Shown one piece after another: positions 1 through 10,000 of a stretch of 64,000 nucleotides of DNA. The position numbers and the translations under genes were made by a program. Numbering within the stretch: position 1 is the stretch's first letter; every line of letters begins with the position of its first letter. Source of the DNA: Myxococcota bacterium (lineage in GTDB: Bacteria > Myxococcota_A > Polyangia > Nannocystales > Nannocystaceae). The DNA is taken from positions 32,001-96,000 of the forward strand of contig JBCCHT010000007.1 in NCBI GenBank assembly GCA_039028615.1, read 5' to 3'. Below the pieces are notes generated by a model that ran no database searches, had not been told where the DNA came from, and saw only the letters and a program-made list of their open reading frames with translations.

Positions 1-916
1 CCGCCCGCTGCGCTCGCCACTTCAGCCAGCGGTCGTGCAGCGTCTCGACGTCGAAGAACGACGCGTAGGCGAAGCCGACCACCTGGTAGTGGAACATGAT
101 GGCCATGAGCACCAGGACGCCGACGTGAAAGCCCCACGCCACCGCGGCCCACAGGCGAGCGACGCGGCGGTGTAGCAGCACGAAGGGCGCCCCCAGCTCG
201 ACCGCCAGCGACACCGCGGCCAGCGGGGGAAAGAGCCACCCCTGCTGGGCGAGCATGCTACCGAGCCACGAGTAGCCCGCGCCCAGCTCGACCTTCCGCA
301 GGTTGTCGTAGGCCACGTACATGCGCAGGGTGTCGCTGGTCACCCAGCCCCAGCCCGCGTTGTGCAGCTTGGACCAGCCCGCGATGAAGTAGGTGGTGAC
401 CGTCACCGCGCACAAGAGGCGGATCGCCCAGCCGTACCAGGAGCTCGGGGTGTCGTCGGGCGGGTCGCCGCGGCGCCGGGCGTCGGCCGAGATCGCATCG
501 GCCGCGGGCGCAAAGGCCAGCACGAGCACGTGCAGCACGATCAGGTTTTCCGTGTGGAAGACCATGCTCCACGAGTTGCGGTAGCTCGTCACCCACATCA
601 GCGCGAGCGCGAAGGCGGGACCGGTGAGGCGGAAGCGCCAGCCCGTCACGAACGCCACCCCCAAGGGCACCGCCACCGCGGCCACCAGGATGACCAGGGC
701 ATAGGGCAACGGATCGGCGAGCAGCATGACCGGACCCACCGGTTTCCACTGCGTCGGCGACATGCTGCTGACGTTGACGAAGTGGGGGAAGCGAACCGCC
801 AGATAGGCCAGCGCGTAGGCGCCGATCATGATCCGCAGCATCGCCAGGCGCCGGGCGGGGGCCGGGGTCCACCACCAGCGCTCGACCCGGCTCAGGACGC
901 CGCCGCCTTCGCTCAT
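1..916 (-). CDS. HTTM-domain (vitamin K-dependent carboxylase-like) membrane protein, 3' end truncated by window edge
   Basis: Not in the ORF track; I translated it by hand from ATG at 916: MSEGGGVLSRVERWWWTPAPARRLAMLRIMIG...TYFIAGWSKL...W...LAVELGAPF...GFHVGVLVLMAIMF. The YFxAGxxKL, ELxxP and FH motifs are HTTM-like. ATGA overlap with the upstream gene. Confidence 0.75.
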   Translation of the reverse strand, partial: MSEGGGVLSRVERWWWTPAPARRLAMLRIMIGAYALAYLAVRFPHFVNVSSMSPTQWKPVGPVMLLADPLPYALVILVAAVAVPLGVAFVTGWRFRLTGPAFALALMWVTSYRNSWSMVFHTENLIVLHVLVLAFAPAADAISADARRRGDPPDDTPSSWYGWAIRLLCAVTVTTYFIAGWSKLHNAGWGWVTSDTLRMYVAYDNLRKVELGAGYSWLGSMLAQQGWLFPPLAAVSLAVELGAPFVLLHRRVARLWAAVAWGFHVGVLVLMAIMFHYQVVGFAYASFFDVETLHDRWLKWRAQRA

Positions 917-1383
917 CGGGCGCCTCCGTGGGGCACGGCGCAGCGCGCATGCACCCGCGTCTTGCGGGGCTTTTTGTCCCCGGAGAAGTACGCGAGCGAG
1001 TCGTAGACGTCGGTGCGGACCTCGAGGCGCTCGAGATCGGCGTGCTCGGGCTGGCTCGCCACCAGCTCGGCGCTGCGCTGGCACAGGTCGCGGGCGTGCC
1101 CCTTGCGGATCGCCAGGCGGACCGTCACGTACGCTTGCATGATCTCGGCCGAGCCCAGCTGCTCGGGCGTCAGCGGGCGGTGCCGCCCCTCTTTCGAGTA
1201 CCCGACCACATGCGGAATCTCGGAGCGCGTACGGTCGCGGCTGCTCGAGAACATGGGGTAGTTGGACAGCGGGAAGCCGTCTTTGGGAGGGTCCCGAAGG
1301 ATCGGCCACACGATGGCCAGCACGAGCCCCGCGCTGAAGACGAAGGCCCAGGCCCGTCGCGCCCCGGTCATCGACGTGCTCAC
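913..1383 (-). CDS. Hypothetical membrane-anchored protein, probable HTTM partner
   Basis: 156 aa; N-terminal TM helix followed by DGFPLSNYPMFS; overlaps both neighbours by 4 bp. Confidence 0.75.
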   Translation of the reverse strand: MSTSMTGARRAWAFVFSAGLVLAIVWPILRDPPKDGFPLSNYPMFSSSRDRTRSEIPHVVGYSKEGRHRPLTPEQLGSAEIMQAYVTVRLAIRKGHARDLCQRSAELVASQPEHADLERLEVRTDVYDSLAYFSGDKKPRKTRVHARCAVPHGGAR

Positions 1384-3713
1384 CGCGGCTGCACCGGCTC
1401 GGGGATCGAAGAGCCCTCGACCAGGCCCAGCATGCGTCCGCTATGACCCATGCCCGCCATCGCGTGCTGCACGAAGTCGATGCGGATCTCGGGCGAGCCC
1501 ATGTGCTCGGAGAACGCCCCGATCATCGAGCTGGGCTGCTTGGAGCAGGCGAAGCAATCGACCTCGTCCCACTGGTGATGAACGAGGAACGCCAGCGCCC
1601 GGCTCACGACCTCCTCGTCGACGGTGGTGTCCTCGCCGCGCGCGCTCTTGAGGGCCAGGGCCGCCCCCATCGCCTCGCCGAAGCCCGAGGATCCCGTGTT
1701 GTGGGGTAGCAGCACGTTGCCGAAGCCGTAGCCGCCGACGAGGTCGGGCTCGACCTCGTCTTCGGCCGCGAGGATCAGCCGGATCTTGTACTGCGTGTAG
1801 TCGATGCAGAAGCGCTCGTAGCCGTCGTGGCGATGGTGCCCCAGCGACGCGCGAGCGGCCAGGCAGTGCCAGTTCTCCTCCATCCAGAAGAAGTCGGTGG
1901 CGAAGTTGTTCCAGTAGACCTCGGCGGTGTAGGTCATCGCGTCCTCCACCACCTGTTTCACCGTGGCGGTGTCCGCCATCTGGGGCAGGTCCTGCTCCAT
2001 GGTGAGCCGCTCGAGCAGGGTCAGGGCGAACACGGCCTGGCCTACCGCGTAGAGCGGATCGGCGCCGGGGATCGGCTCGCCCGTCTCGAGGTCGAACTCG
2101 GGGTGGAAGCTGCCGTTGTCCCGCCGCATCCGCAGCAGGAACCGGGTCATGCGATTGATGGCGTCGTCGAACTCGTCGCCCACCCGGTGGCGACAGCTGA
2201 GCAGCGCGATGGTGGTGAGCGCCGTGTTGCCCAGCCCGACCTTCTTGGCGTCCTGGCGCTGGGGAGGGATGACCATGCCGAAGTCCTCGTAGGTCCGCAT
2301 GGTGCCGACCAGCATGGCCAGCGCATCGCGGGCGGCCTCGTCGACCTCGGGTGTGTCTTGGCCCAGCTCGCAGATGACCAGGGTGGTGCCGGCCTGCCGC
2401 GCGAGCGCGAAGCCCTGGTAGGTGACGCGCCCGGTGAAGGGGTCGGCCTTGTAGGCGAAGCGACCGTCGGGGCCCTGGGCCTCGAGAATGTAGCGCTCGG
2501 CCCCGTCCAGCGCCTTGCGCAGGCTGGTCGCGCTGAGCGAGGGCCCGGGGTTTTTCATGCGCCGGAGGCGATGCAGCGTGCCCTCGACATCGAGCACGTA
2601 GCTGGCCGTCTCGAGGCGCGACAGGCCCTCCACCCGCGGATCGTAGCGCTGCGGTCGCTCGGGCCACACCAGCGCCTTGCGGGCCTGGGCGGGATCGAAG
2701 CCGAAGCGAAGATCGGGGATGACCGGGATCGGCGTGTTCTCGTTGAACTGGTCCAGCGCGAGCATCTGCCAAGGCATCAGGCAGCGCGTGCCCTCGCAGA
2801 CCCCATCGACTCCCGGGCGCAGCAGCATCGCATCGACGACCGGCACCACCGACTGGAGTGCCTGCACCCCCGTGATGACGTCGATCTTGATCGGGCCGCG
2901 TTTGGCCTCGGTGCGAAGCTGCTGCCCCAGGGACTCGAGGGCGGCGGCCAGGGTCGGGCCCTGCACGCAGCGCGAGCGCGCCTCGGCCCGTGTGCCCGCG
3001 AAGTCGACCAGCGAGGTCGCCACCACCGTGACCACCCCGGGGCCGGGCGCCCGCTCGCACTCGACCGCCTGACGCACCATCAGCGAAGGCGCGTCCGCGG
3101 GAGGCTCGGGCAACGATGACGGCACGGGCAGCGCGGCCTTGATCGCCTTGCGCATCTCGGAGTCGTCGGCCACCGCGACGTCGAGTGCCGCGTCCGCCTC
3201 GGCCGATGCACTCGCGCGCCACAGCCCGACCGCGACGAGCAGCACGGCCACGGCCGAGACCCCGCGTTCGCGCGCGCCGAACCGAATCCCGCCCGTCGCC
3301 GCCAAGCCCCAGACCGACAGCGGCAAGGTGATCAGCGCGACCACGGCCCACACCGCAGCCAGGCCCGCCGCGACGCCCTTGCCCAGGCCACCGTAGAGCG
3401 CGGCGATATACGTGCTCGCGCTGACCAGGTTCCAGGTGAGATAGGCGAGGTAGGTCAGCGCCGCGAGGGCTTGCAGGCGCCAGGCCTTGCCTCGCAGTCG
3501 ATGCCCCACCAGCCCCGCGACGAAGTGCACACCGTGGGCGGCCGCGACCACGGACGTGACCACGGCAAAGGTCGTCCAGTCCCGCCACGGCAGGACCGAT
3601 GCACCCCAGCCCAAGATGGCGGCCACCAGCCCCGAAAGCAGGACCGGCCACCAGCGTGCCCCCCCGGCGGCGGGCCCCGCGGAGCGGTCGGGTTCCTCGG
3701 CGTGTTCAGCCAT
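1380..3713 (-). CDS. Multi-TM protein with C-terminal (alpha/alpha)-toroid domain (terpene cyclase/six-hairpin-like)
   Basis: Likely start MAEHAEEP at 3713; the longer ORF overlaps the next gene. About 5 N-terminal TM helices, then helical repeats (QGPDGRF, RRDNGSF) and a terminal IRIDFVQHA motif. Confidence 0.7.
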   Translation of the reverse strand: MAEHAEEPDRSAGPAAGGARWWPVLLSGLVAAILGWGASVLPWRDWTTFAVVTSVVAAAHGVHFVAGLVGHRLRGKAWRLQALAALTYLAYLTWNLVSASTYIAALYGGLGKGVAAGLAAVWAVVALITLPLSVWGLAATGGIRFGARERGVSAVAVLLVAVGLWRASASAEADAALDVAVADDSEMRKAIKAALPVPSSLPEPPADAPSLMVRQAVECERAPGPGVVTVVATSLVDFAGTRAEARSRCVQGPTLAAALESLGQQLRTEAKRGPIKIDVITGVQALQSVVPVVDAMLLRPGVDGVCEGTRCLMPWQMLALDQFNENTPIPVIPDLRFGFDPAQARKALVWPERPQRYDPRVEGLSRLETASYVLDVEGTLHRLRRMKNPGPSLSATSLRKALDGAERYILEAQGPDGRFAYKADPFTGRVTYQGFALARQAGTTLVICELGQDTPEVDEAARDALAMLVGTMRTYEDFGMVIPPQRQDAKKVGLGNTALTTIALLSCRHRVGDEFDDAINRMTRFLLRMRRDNGSFHPEFDLETGEPIPGADPLYAVGQAVFALTLLERLTMEQDLPQMADTATVKQVVEDAMTYTAEVYWNNFATDFFWMEENWHCLAARASLGHHRHDGYERFCIDYTQYKIRLILAAEDEVEPDLVGGYGFGNVLLPHNTGSSGFGEAMGAALALKSARGEDTTVDEEVVSRALAFLVHHQWDEVDCFACSKQPSSMIGAFSEHMGSPEIRIDFVQHAMAGMGHSGRMLGLVEGSSIPEPVQPR

Positions 3714-3781
3714 GGCCGGGAACCTAGCAGCGATGCCCCCGGCCACGCGAGCCGAACCACTGGAGGCCGAAAACGGGGGGA

Positions 3782-4630
3782 TCAGGCGGCGCTGCGCTGC
3801 AGCTTCATCGACCAGTCGACGCCGACGATCTCGAAGGGAGCCAGCGGCGTCCACACGTTGTCGCCCTGGAGCGGCTCGCTGGAGACGACCAGGTGTTTGA
3901 CGAAGCTGCCCGACTGGTTGTCCTGCTCGCACTCGGGCCCGAAGCTCGGGCAGCGGTCGCGCTCCGGGCAGCGATTCTTGTGCGTGGTCCAGTACAGGTT
4001 CTTGCCGCCCTGGTGCGCCACCATGGTGCGTCCGTTGGTCAGCGCGAAGGTCAGGTAGGTCTCGTGGGGAGGACCGCGGTCGTCCATGCACGGCTGCCCG
4101 GTGAGGCGCACCACCGCCTCCACCGTCTCGCGCACCGCCGCCACGACATCGGCCAGGGGGTACCCCACCTGCTGCAGGCCGTGCCGCCGCGCCATGAAGC
4201 CGAGCAACAAGTAAAAGAGCACCTCGGAGTCGCTGTCGCCGAGGATGAAGCGTCGCAGCACGGGCGGCACCTGGGCCACGAGCTCCTCGCGAATCTCGGC
4301 GAAGCCGGCGAGGTTGCCGTTGTGCACGAACACCCACTGCCCGTACTGGAAGGGGTGGGTGTTGATGATCGACAGGTTGCCCTGCGTGGCCTTGCGCAGG
4401 TGGGCCAGCACCGTCTCCGAGGCCACGATGCCCGAGACGCGCTGAAACAACTGATCATCCAGCGCCTGGGCGACGCTCTTGATCACGTGGGGGGCGCCCG
4501 CGTTGTAGTACGCCACGCCCCAGCCATCAGGGTGCCGATCGCTCTGCTGGACCAACGCATTATCGGCGCTGACCAAGCTGCGGTGGACCTGACTCTGAAT
4601 GACGGAGCGAAAACCGAAGATCCGGCACAT
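3782..4630 (-). CDS. Class II glutamine amidotransferase (EgtC/YafJ-like Ntn hydrolase)
   Basis: Starts MCRIFG (Cys2 nucleophile); HPDGWG, AHLRKAT, NTHPF, HNG, GDSDSE, SSEPL motifs. Confidence 0.9.
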   Translation of the reverse strand: MCRIFGFRSVIQSQVHRSLVSADNALVQQSDRHPDGWGVAYYNAGAPHVIKSVAQALDDQLFQRVSGIVASETVLAHLRKATQGNLSIINTHPFQYGQWVFVHNGNLAGFAEIREELVAQVPPVLRRFILGDSDSEVLFYLLLGFMARRHGLQQVGYPLADVVAAVRETVEAVVRLTGQPCMDDRGPPHETYLTFALTNGRTMVAHQGGKNLYWTTHKNRCPERDRCPSFGPECEQDNQSGSFVKHLVVSSEPLQGDNVWTPLAPFEIVGVDWSMKLQRSAA

Positions 4631-4834
4631 GACGGCGAAGGGCACCGCCCGACGCGGGACCTACGCAGCACGCGCGGCCAGCCCGAGCAGACCGCCCACG
4701 CTAGCCCGAGGCCTCGGGCGGAGGCAACCACCGACTCATCTGGTCAGGATCGGCTCCAGCGGGCGCGAACGCGCGGGCACGACGGCGTCGACTTCGGCTT
4801 CCCCCCGCTTCGGCCCTGGCCTAACGTAGTCCGC

Positions 4835-6235
4835 ATGCGTCTGCCTTATCGTTGCGCTTGGCTCGTCCTGTTGCTCGCGGGTTGCCCGGATGGTGGGAAC
4901 GAGGACGACACATCGACGAGCTTCGGCACGCCGACCGGCACGGACAGCGGCGGCACCGAGTCCTCGAGCGTCGACCCGGGTACGAGTTCGAGCGGTGACG
5001 TCGAAGAAACGAGCACGACCGGAAACGGATGCACCGCCGGCCAGCTCGGCTGCGAGTGTCTCCCCGAGGAGGAGTGCGATCCCGGCCTCGTGTGCGATGC
5101 AGGCACCTGCCAGGACGAGGGCGGCGACACCACCGAAGGGGACGACACCACGACCACCGGGCCCGACCCCGTGTGCGGCAACGATATGCCCGAGCCCGGT
5201 CTGCTGTGCTTCGGCACCGCCATGCCCCAGGCCATGGCCGCGGGCACCATCGGCATCACCATCGCCAACTTCGACGCCAGCCCCTTCCTCGACATCGTCA
5301 CCGCCAACCGCGACGCGAACTCGGTGGCGATTCGGCTCGGCCAGGCCGACGGCCAGTTCGGTAGCCAAGACGAGTACCCCACCGGGACCGGACCGATCGC
5401 CATTGGCTCGGGTCAGTTCGTGGGCGACGAGAACCTCGACGTGGTCACCCTCAACCTGACCTCGCTCGACGTCAGCATCCTGGCCGGCACGGCGACCGAG
5501 GATTTCGAGGCCCCGCTCAACATCAGCCTCGGCATTGCACCGCTGACCCCCACCGATCTCGAGGTCGTCGACCTCGAAGACGACGGGGACGCGGACATCT
5601 TGGTCACCGAGAGCACCGGGTCGGCCATCCACGTGATCCGCTTCGAGAAGGGCGCGGCCCTGCCGATCGACACCTACCCCGTCGGGGGCGGACCCACGGC
5701 CATCCACGCCGCAGACTTCTCGGGCAACATGGTGCCCGATGTGATCACCGCCAACGGAGCCGGCGGCACGGTGAGCCTGTTGCTGGGCAACGGCCTGGGG
5801 CAGCTCGGTGAGCCCACCAGCGCCACCGCGGGGACTTCGCCCAACGGCGCCAGCTCGGGCGATTTCAACGGCGACGACACCCTGGACGCGATCCTCTCCA
5901 ACCCGGGGGGCACGGTCACCATCCGCCTGGGCAACGGCCTGGGGGGCTTTGGCGGTCAGCTGCCCTTCCCCATCGCGGGGGGCTCGCCCACCGCCTTGGT
6001 CGCGGCCGACTTCAACCTCGACGGCATCACCGACGTCGCCGTCTCGACCAGCGAGAACAACGTGCACGTGCTCGTGGGCAACGGCTCCGGCAACCTCACC
6101 GAGGAAGCCGTCATCGCGGTCGGCGAGACGCCCGACGACATCGTGGCCGCCGACCTCAACGACGACGGCATGCTCGACATCGTCACCGCCAACATCAGCG
6201 CGGGTGGGGTCAGCGTGATCCTGACCGACGCCTAG
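4835..6235 (+). CDS. FG-GAP/VCBS repeat lipoprotein (beta-propeller)
   Basis: Lipobox LLAGC, Thr/Ser/Asp linker, Cys-rich module, repeated DFNGDxxLD motifs. Confidence 0.85.
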   Translation: MRLPYRCAWLVLLLAGCPDGGNEDDTSTSFGTPTGTDSGGTESSSVDPGTSSSGDVEETSTTGNGCTAGQLGCECLPEEECDPGLVCDAGTCQDEGGDTTEGDDTTTTGPDPVCGNDMPEPGLLCFGTAMPQAMAAGTIGITIANFDASPFLDIVTANRDANSVAIRLGQADGQFGSQDEYPTGTGPIAIGSGQFVGDENLDVVTLNLTSLDVSILAGTATEDFEAPLNISLGIAPLTPTDLEVVDLEDDGDADILVTESTGSAIHVIRFEKGAALPIDTYPVGGGPTAIHAADFSGNMVPDVITANGAGGTVSLLLGNGLGQLGEPTSATAGTSPNGASSGDFNGDDTLDAILSNPGGTVTIRLGNGLGGFGGQLPFPIAGGSPTALVAADFNLDGITDVAVSTSENNVHVLVGNGSGNLTEEAVIAVGETPDDIVAADLNDDGMLDIVTANISAGGVSVILTDA

Positions 6236-6313
6236 GTCCACCCGTCGCGCGAGCTTGTGCCGAGCTTGCCGTTGCCAGGGTGCGTGCCGGCTGCGCTACC
6301 ATGGGCCCGCGCC

Positions 6314-6928
6314 ATGTCTCGCCTCTCGTCGATCGGAACCCTGCTCGTGCTCACCGCGTTGGCGGTGGCTTGCCCTCGCCCCGCCGAACAGCCCCAGGAG
6401 CAGCCGCCCGGCGGCGACGGAGCCAGCGTCCCGGGGGGAGCCGTCGACCCGGGTGATCCCGCGGGCAGCCCGGGCGACGGCGGCGACGCGACCGCGTGCC
6501 TGAGCGACTCCGACTGCGACGGGGGCGTGTGCGAAGGTCAGGGCTGCGGCGACGACACGCCGGGCACCTGTGCGCCCGCCGAGCGCATGTGCACCCGCGA
6601 CGCGCAGACGTACTGCGGCTGCGACGGCAAGGAGTTCACCAGCTCGGGCAGCTGCCCCGGGCGGCGCTTCGCCAGCCGAGGCAAGTGCGAGGGCGAGCCC
6701 CCCACGGGCGGAGGCAAGGCCGACGGCGAGTCCTGTCTCGCGGCGAGCGAGTGTGCCGGGGGTGTCTGCGAGGGCGAAGGCTGCGGCGACGACACGCCGG
6801 GCACCTGCGCCTCGAACTCGCGCATGTGCACCCGCGACTACCGGGCCTACTGCGGCTGCGACGGCACTACCTTCCACGGCTCGGGCAGCTGCCCCGGCCA
6901 GCGCTACGCCAAGCGCGGCGAGTGCTGA
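6314..6928 (+). CDS. Cys-rich lipoprotein with two Kazal-like repeats
   Basis: Lipobox LAVAC; duplicated unit GGVCEGxGCGDDTPGTC...RMCTRDxxxYCGCDGxxF...SGSCPGxR...RGxC. Confidence 0.8.
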   Translation: MSRLSSIGTLLVLTALAVACPRPAEQPQEQPPGGDGASVPGGAVDPGDPAGSPGDGGDATACLSDSDCDGGVCEGQGCGDDTPGTCAPAERMCTRDAQTYCGCDGKEFTSSGSCPGRRFASRGKCEGEPPTGGGKADGESCLAASECAGGVCEGEGCGDDTPGTCASNSRMCTRDYRAYCGCDGTTFHGSGSCPGQRYAKRGEC

Positions 6929-7076
6929 GGCGCGGCCAGGCGTCGTAGTCGAGCATCGAACGTAGTCCAGGGTTCACACTCTCGACTCGTGGTCGTCCTT
7001 CGAAGGGGACCGACCTGAGCGCCGTAGCGTCGCGCGCCTCGGGTTCGGCACGCCCATCGTCCGAGGGACGACGCTC

Positions 7077-10000
7077 ATGCCGAATACCGTCACGCCCAAA
7101 GTCACGATTGCGTCCGGGAAGCTCTGGTTCGATCCAGCGGGCCAGCGGATCAAGCCGACCAAAGTCGAGTTCAGCGTCACGCAGAGCGCACACGATCCAG
7201 CCGATCCATACCCCGGGGGCGGCACCATCGTTCGAAGTGCCGGCAACATCTCGCTGTACCGCGACGCCGACCGCAAGGACGAGATCGTGTTCGCCGAAAA
7301 CCGGGCTCGAGTCACCCACGACGAACTCTTCGCCGGGAACGGAACCTCCAAGACCTTCACCGCGTACGTCTCGGCGACCGCGGAGAGCGGCGTTCAGAAG
7401 ACCAAGCTCTCACTCGAGCTCGATCCGCTCGACACCTCCGAACTCAAGAAGACGAACTTCACGACCCGCACCGTGGAGGACCGCTTCACCGTCGCGACCA
7501 ACGACCCGGGGTCCAGCGTAGAGCTCGAACTCGAGACGGCTGCGCTCATCGCCCCCGAGCTGAAGATCGGCAGCGCCGTGGACCCCGAGGTCCGCGCGCT
7601 GTCGGCCAAGCCCTACCTCCCCATCTCGTGCACGGCCGGGCCCAAGCCCGCGCTGCCGCTGAAGTACGAGGACGACGCCACATTGGAGCTGAGCCCCTCC
7701 GACGCCGACATCCTGGTGTTCGCCGACGAAAAGGGCAAGACGGCCGTGCCCGTCGTGGACGGGAAGATCACAGTCCCGAACGCCGAACTCATGGCGGCGA
7801 AGACCTACTGGCTCGCGGCCGGACCGAAGGCCAAGACTGCCGACGTCAATCTGACCCTGAGCCTGCCCGTGCAGAGCAATCCCAGCAGCCTCGTGGCGCT
7901 GGGTCCCGCGTGCAAGCGCATCCGAAGTGCGCAGCAAAACACGGTGAAGCCCGTGATCGGGGTGCAGTTCCCGGACGAACTGGAGGGTGCCCTGTGGTTT
8001 CCCGGGCCCAAGAGCGTCGCGCCGCCTACGGTGACCTTGCACATCGACCAGAGCAACCAGGAGCACGCCCCCTATCTCGGGCACGGCTTGCTCACGCGAA
8101 GCTCGAGCGCGCTGACCGTGTATTGGGACGCAAGGCTCGAGGCCCCGATCGAGTTCTATGACGACAAACTCGTGCTCGAAAATGCCGTGCTCACGGGGAA
8201 GGACCCGCTCACCCTATACCTCGTGGGCTCGAAGGCGGACGACGTCACACTGTCCTTGAGCCTCTACGACCCCAAGCTCTCCACCATCGCAATCGCCGAA
8301 ACGAGCGTCAGCGCCTCGGTGCCGATCCAGGCCGTCAACATCGTGACTCCTCATATCGAGTACGAGGGTCCGATCGTCCGCAGCCAGCTCACCCCCGTAC
8401 GGATCTTCGTCACGCAGACCGACGAGGCGAAGGCCCCGTACCGAGGCAAGGCGACCTTGGTCCGCGACAATCAGGACCTCCAGTTCTTCGCGGGGAAGTC
8501 GGACGGCAAGGGGACCAACCCGCTGTTTTCCGGGTCCGAGGCCACGGCGGTGGTCCCCGACATCACGGGCACCACGACCTACTACGCGCAGTGGAACGGG
8601 GAACAAACTCCCGCAAAGCGAGTACGCCCCTCCCTCGAGCTTCAGGCCGCGTCCTCGGCCGTGATCATCACCGATCCGAGCACGCAGCTCGCTCCACCGC
8701 CGCCACGGCCGACCTTCTCGCCGCCGATCATCGAGCACTCCAACATCATCAAGCCCGTCATCGACACGGACTACGACGTGCTCCCGCTGTGGTCCATCGC
8801 CCAAATAGGCGCCGAGAAGGCGGCCCCCATCAAGGCCCGCATCCACGTCGAGCAGACCGCCGAGGCGGTACGCTACGAGCAAGACGGCATCCTCACCCGC
8901 ACGAGCGCCAACCTGCAGGTCTTCCTCGATGCCGAGTGCACCTGCGAGCTGAGCTTCAACGCCTCCAACGAGGCGCGAGTGCCCAACGCGTGGCTGGTCG
9001 ACACCAAGAAGGTCTACTACCTGCGCGGCGTGACGGCGGGGGCCTGCTCGCTGACGCTGCAGCCCCTGCCACCCAAGGCCGAGTTTCCCGCGCCCCCGGC
9101 CATTTCCGTCCAGCCCGCCGAGCTCAAAAAAGACCTCGCGGTGACCAAGCTGACCCTGCAGGTATGGCGAGACGACGGCACGCAGGCATCGGCGAAGATG
9201 TCCACGCGCGAGCAGCGATTGCGCGGACGCTTCGTGACCGTGAAGGACCCGAGCAAGCCGCTGGGGCGCGCGAAGGTGGTCATCGAGAAGGTCGATGTCA
9301 GCGCATGGCCGGCATCGGCCAAGGACCACCAGGTCATGCTGTCGGTCGAGCCGGCCATCTCGGGGAAGAACATCATCGAGCTCTACGACCAGTCCACCGG
9401 AGGCAAGGTCTGCGCCCAAGCGGGGACCTCTCTGCTGCTTTCCAAGGCAGAGGCCTCGTCCGAAGACAAGGTCGTGTGGGCCCAAGGCAAGGAGGCCAGC
9501 GGCACCATTCGTGACGTGCGGCTGTCCTTGGGGCTGTTTCGCACCGATGCCGACCCGCTGACGGTACCTCCGCTCGAAAATGCGGACTGGGCCACCATGA
9601 CCTCCGTCGCGATCGAGAAGGTCACGCCCCAATCGGCCGGCTGGGAACAGTACGTCAACCAACCCCCCGATCGCGCCAAGACCTTCAACGACGAGTCGGT
9701 CCCCGAGTTCCACAACGGCCGCCAGATCCTGGTGACGGCCACCACCAAGCCCGCCCGAGCCGGCATTCCGGTCGACCTCGTGCTGTGGGGCTTCGATGGC
9801 AACGGCGCTGCGGCCTCTACGGATCCACGCACGCCGCTGGTCGGCAACGACCTCAAGGCTCAGACCACGCACGTCGCGGCATCGACCGACGTCAACGGCC
9901 GAGCGAGCGCCCGACTGAAGCTGTCCCGCTACGGCGGCGACCAGTTCTATGCGGTGGCATTCCTCTCCGACGACGCCAAGGAGGGCATGAGCAAGTACGG

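Noticed and set aside
3714..4337. N-terminal extension of ORF 1380..4337, suggesting a fusion or overlap
   Set aside because: Low-complexity Arg/Ala/Gly translation of an alternative frame over the amidotransferase gene. The plausible start is 3713.
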